The position numbers and the translations under genes are program-made. Under the pieces are notes generated by a model that worked only from the letters and a program-made list of their open reading frames with translations, was not told where the DNA came from and ran no database searches. Positions 62,301-64,000 of a stretch of 64,000 nucleotides of DNA are shown here, in pieces. The DNA comes from Macrostomum hystrix (Eukaryota; Animalia; Platyhelminthes): the NCBI GenBank assembly GCA_950097015.1, contig CATNEN010000038.1, positions 8,308,001 through 8,372,000 of the forward strand. The letters run 5' to 3'. How positions within the stretch are numbered: position 1 is the first letter of the stretch; each line of letters begins with the position of its first letter.

Positions 62301-63886
62301 ATCGTCAGGCAGTGTACATTTCACTGTGCCTTGGAGGTTGGCCCTCAAGGGCGTAAATTGCACGACAAGCCCCCAAGCCTTCTCTCCGCGGCTGAGCCCC
62401 AAATAAATGTGGCCTCGCCGCGGAATCGAACTTAGGGACCTTGGTGCGAGAGGCAAACGCGTTAACCGCTCTGCCACCGACCACGTACAGTTTCGCAGTA
62501 CAACACTTCTAATTTTTGTTGCAATGCCTACTTCGCTGTATTCCGGGTCCCGTATAATGAAGTCTGGGCGATGAGATAGGGATGACTAGAAATGAAAGCT
62601 TCATTTCTGTATATCATACAATAGAGGCAGTCTAACAAGTTCTGATCGGCCCCCATTGCGGTCAGCATTTTGACTGAGTTGCATTATTGCCTTGCAGTTC
62701 CTAAAGTTAATTCTCTCTATTAAGCCTCGATCCCAGAGTCCTAAATATAATTACATAACATTTTTGCCTATATTGCCGGTTTTTGCCACCAGACAACCCC
62801 GACGAGAATCGTTGAATATGTCGACGATGCCGATGATTTGTTGTCTAATCGGATGGAGCAGAAAATTTAGTCCGAATCATGTATTTTCATGGCTATTGTT
62901 AGAATATTTTTCTAGAAGCTCTCTACTGCTAATCCCATGGAGGATTAGGGAAAGTGAAGGATGCATCCATCTGCCATGAGGAATTGATCCTACTGACCTT
63001 TGATGCCAACACAGCAGGGCCTGGCGCTGATGGGGCAGACCAGGTGCGCGCTGTTCTGCAGCCGCTCCAGCGCTGACTCGTTGGCTGAGCCCAGCGGCAC
63101 CTGGCGCAGGCAGGGCGGCCACTGCCTGACGTCGTCTGGCCAGGAGGGGCTGTCTAGGCCGGGCGGAGACAACGGCTCAACGCAGGTGCGCGGATCCTGG
63201 CCACAGACCGGGCCGCTAAGTCGGTTGTCCGGGCCCTGGTTTTGTTAATTCGATTTGTATTAATTTAAACAGACTAGTTTACAGTATAATGTGCTGATGT
63301 GCTCAACTATGGGATAATTTAGGGATTTGACTGAATCTAGGATTTTTAAAGCAAGGAGAATATAAGAAATGATAATCTGAGGATAAAGTATAAAGGATAA
63401 AGGGATTTTAAAGAAACTGGGATCTTTAAGAATTTAAGGATCTTGAGAATCTTAGGATCTTGAAAAAATCGGGGATCTTAAGGAATCTGGGATCCTAGGA
63501 GAATCTTGGATTTGGGAGAATCTAGGATCTAGGAGAATAATGATCTTTTATACTCCTAAAACGGGATTTGGGAATTCGAAATCTACAAGGTACAAGGGAC
63601 AAAAAGCTTAAAAGCAGAGGCCGAACCGCCTTACCTTGCTATCGTTGTCCCATTTTAGCCAGGTGCTCATCTGGGCGGGGCAGCCCTCCTTCTGGCTCTG
63701 GTAGCAGGCGGATCCGTCATTGTGGACGCAGCAGCCGCTCTTGGACTCGGCCCGCAGCTGGCGGCCCAGAATGTCCTCATAGAGACTGTCGTACCGGCGC
63801 ATGCAGAGGCTGTACTTGGCGCCTACCCTGATTAGGTCTGACATGCGCGGCCCGATGAACAGGTTGTGATAGTCTATGGCACACAC
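59371..63886 (-). CDS. RHBDF: Inactive rhomboid iRhom, 3' part (exons 63635-63886, 62998-63235, 61007-61425, 59371-59784)
   Basis: IGP...GAKYSLCMR; Cys-rich iRhom homology domain (GCCVHND, VCGQDPRTC, WPDDVRQWPPC, RPCCVGIKG); PNQFYRVLTSLFLHSG; GPx motif (VGPTS); PWFDNFA. Confidence 0.93.
59820..60280. repeat. 21-bp intronic minisatellite (ctgagaggataatgttccaat)n
   Basis: Tandem array in the last iRhom intron. Confidence 0.95.
60300..60620 (-). mobile_element. SINE family 2 copy
   Basis: tRNA-like head (cagagcggttaacgcg...gttcgattcc) with a body shared with 62125-62483. Confidence 0.8.
60772..60983. repeat. 55-bp tandem repeat, ~4 copies
   Basis: gggtcaccaagggggtatttttgctagtctatatactactcttacgctcgta-type units. 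Confidence 0.85.
62125..62483 (-). mobile_element. Full-length tRNA-derived SINE family 2 (Ala-CGC-like head)
   Basis: A box tggcagagcgg, loop ctcgcac, B box gttcgattcc, and a (TTA)n tail. Confidence 0.82.
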
Positions 63887-64000
63887 CTGCGATTCATTGC
63901 AGAGTGGGGCTGACTGATGCTGCCCGAATAGGAATATAGGAGGACTACAGAGATGAGACTAGATATGAGATCCTAGATGAGACTAGCTATGAGATAGTAG

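Overview
Eukaryotic (animal) genomic DNA with GC-rich exons and minisatellite-filled introns. The style suggests a flatworm such as Macrostomum, which is an inference only. Positions 1-19 kb hold six co-directional minus-strand genes: KIAA1143, a TRF1/2-like telobox gene, a putative orphan, CHMP2B, CIAO1 and YIPF5. A PAN + Gly-rich gene lies at 22-24 kb, followed by satellites at 24-28.6 kb. A truncated, nonsense-containing dynein heavy-chain fragment at 28.6-39.2 kb carries a 5'-truncated Mag-like Ty3/gypsy element flanked by a 454-bp host duplication. The best novelty candidate is at ~39.5-46.1 kb. It is an unclassified element with a spliced 959-aa C2H2-zinc-finger + divergent tyrosine-recombinase gene, a convergent PIP-box + SF3-helicase gene, and between them a ~96-bp tandem array of perfect GTATTTTCGCGAAAATAC palindromes, whose core also marks both ends. 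A Crypton-type recombinase fragment inside nested inverted repeats sits next to it. The rest contains tRNA-derived SINEs, an orphan EGF exon, an intact CsRn1-like gypsy element with apparently identical LTRs, and the 3' part of an iRhom gene. All calls are by-eye motif recognition; no database searches were run.
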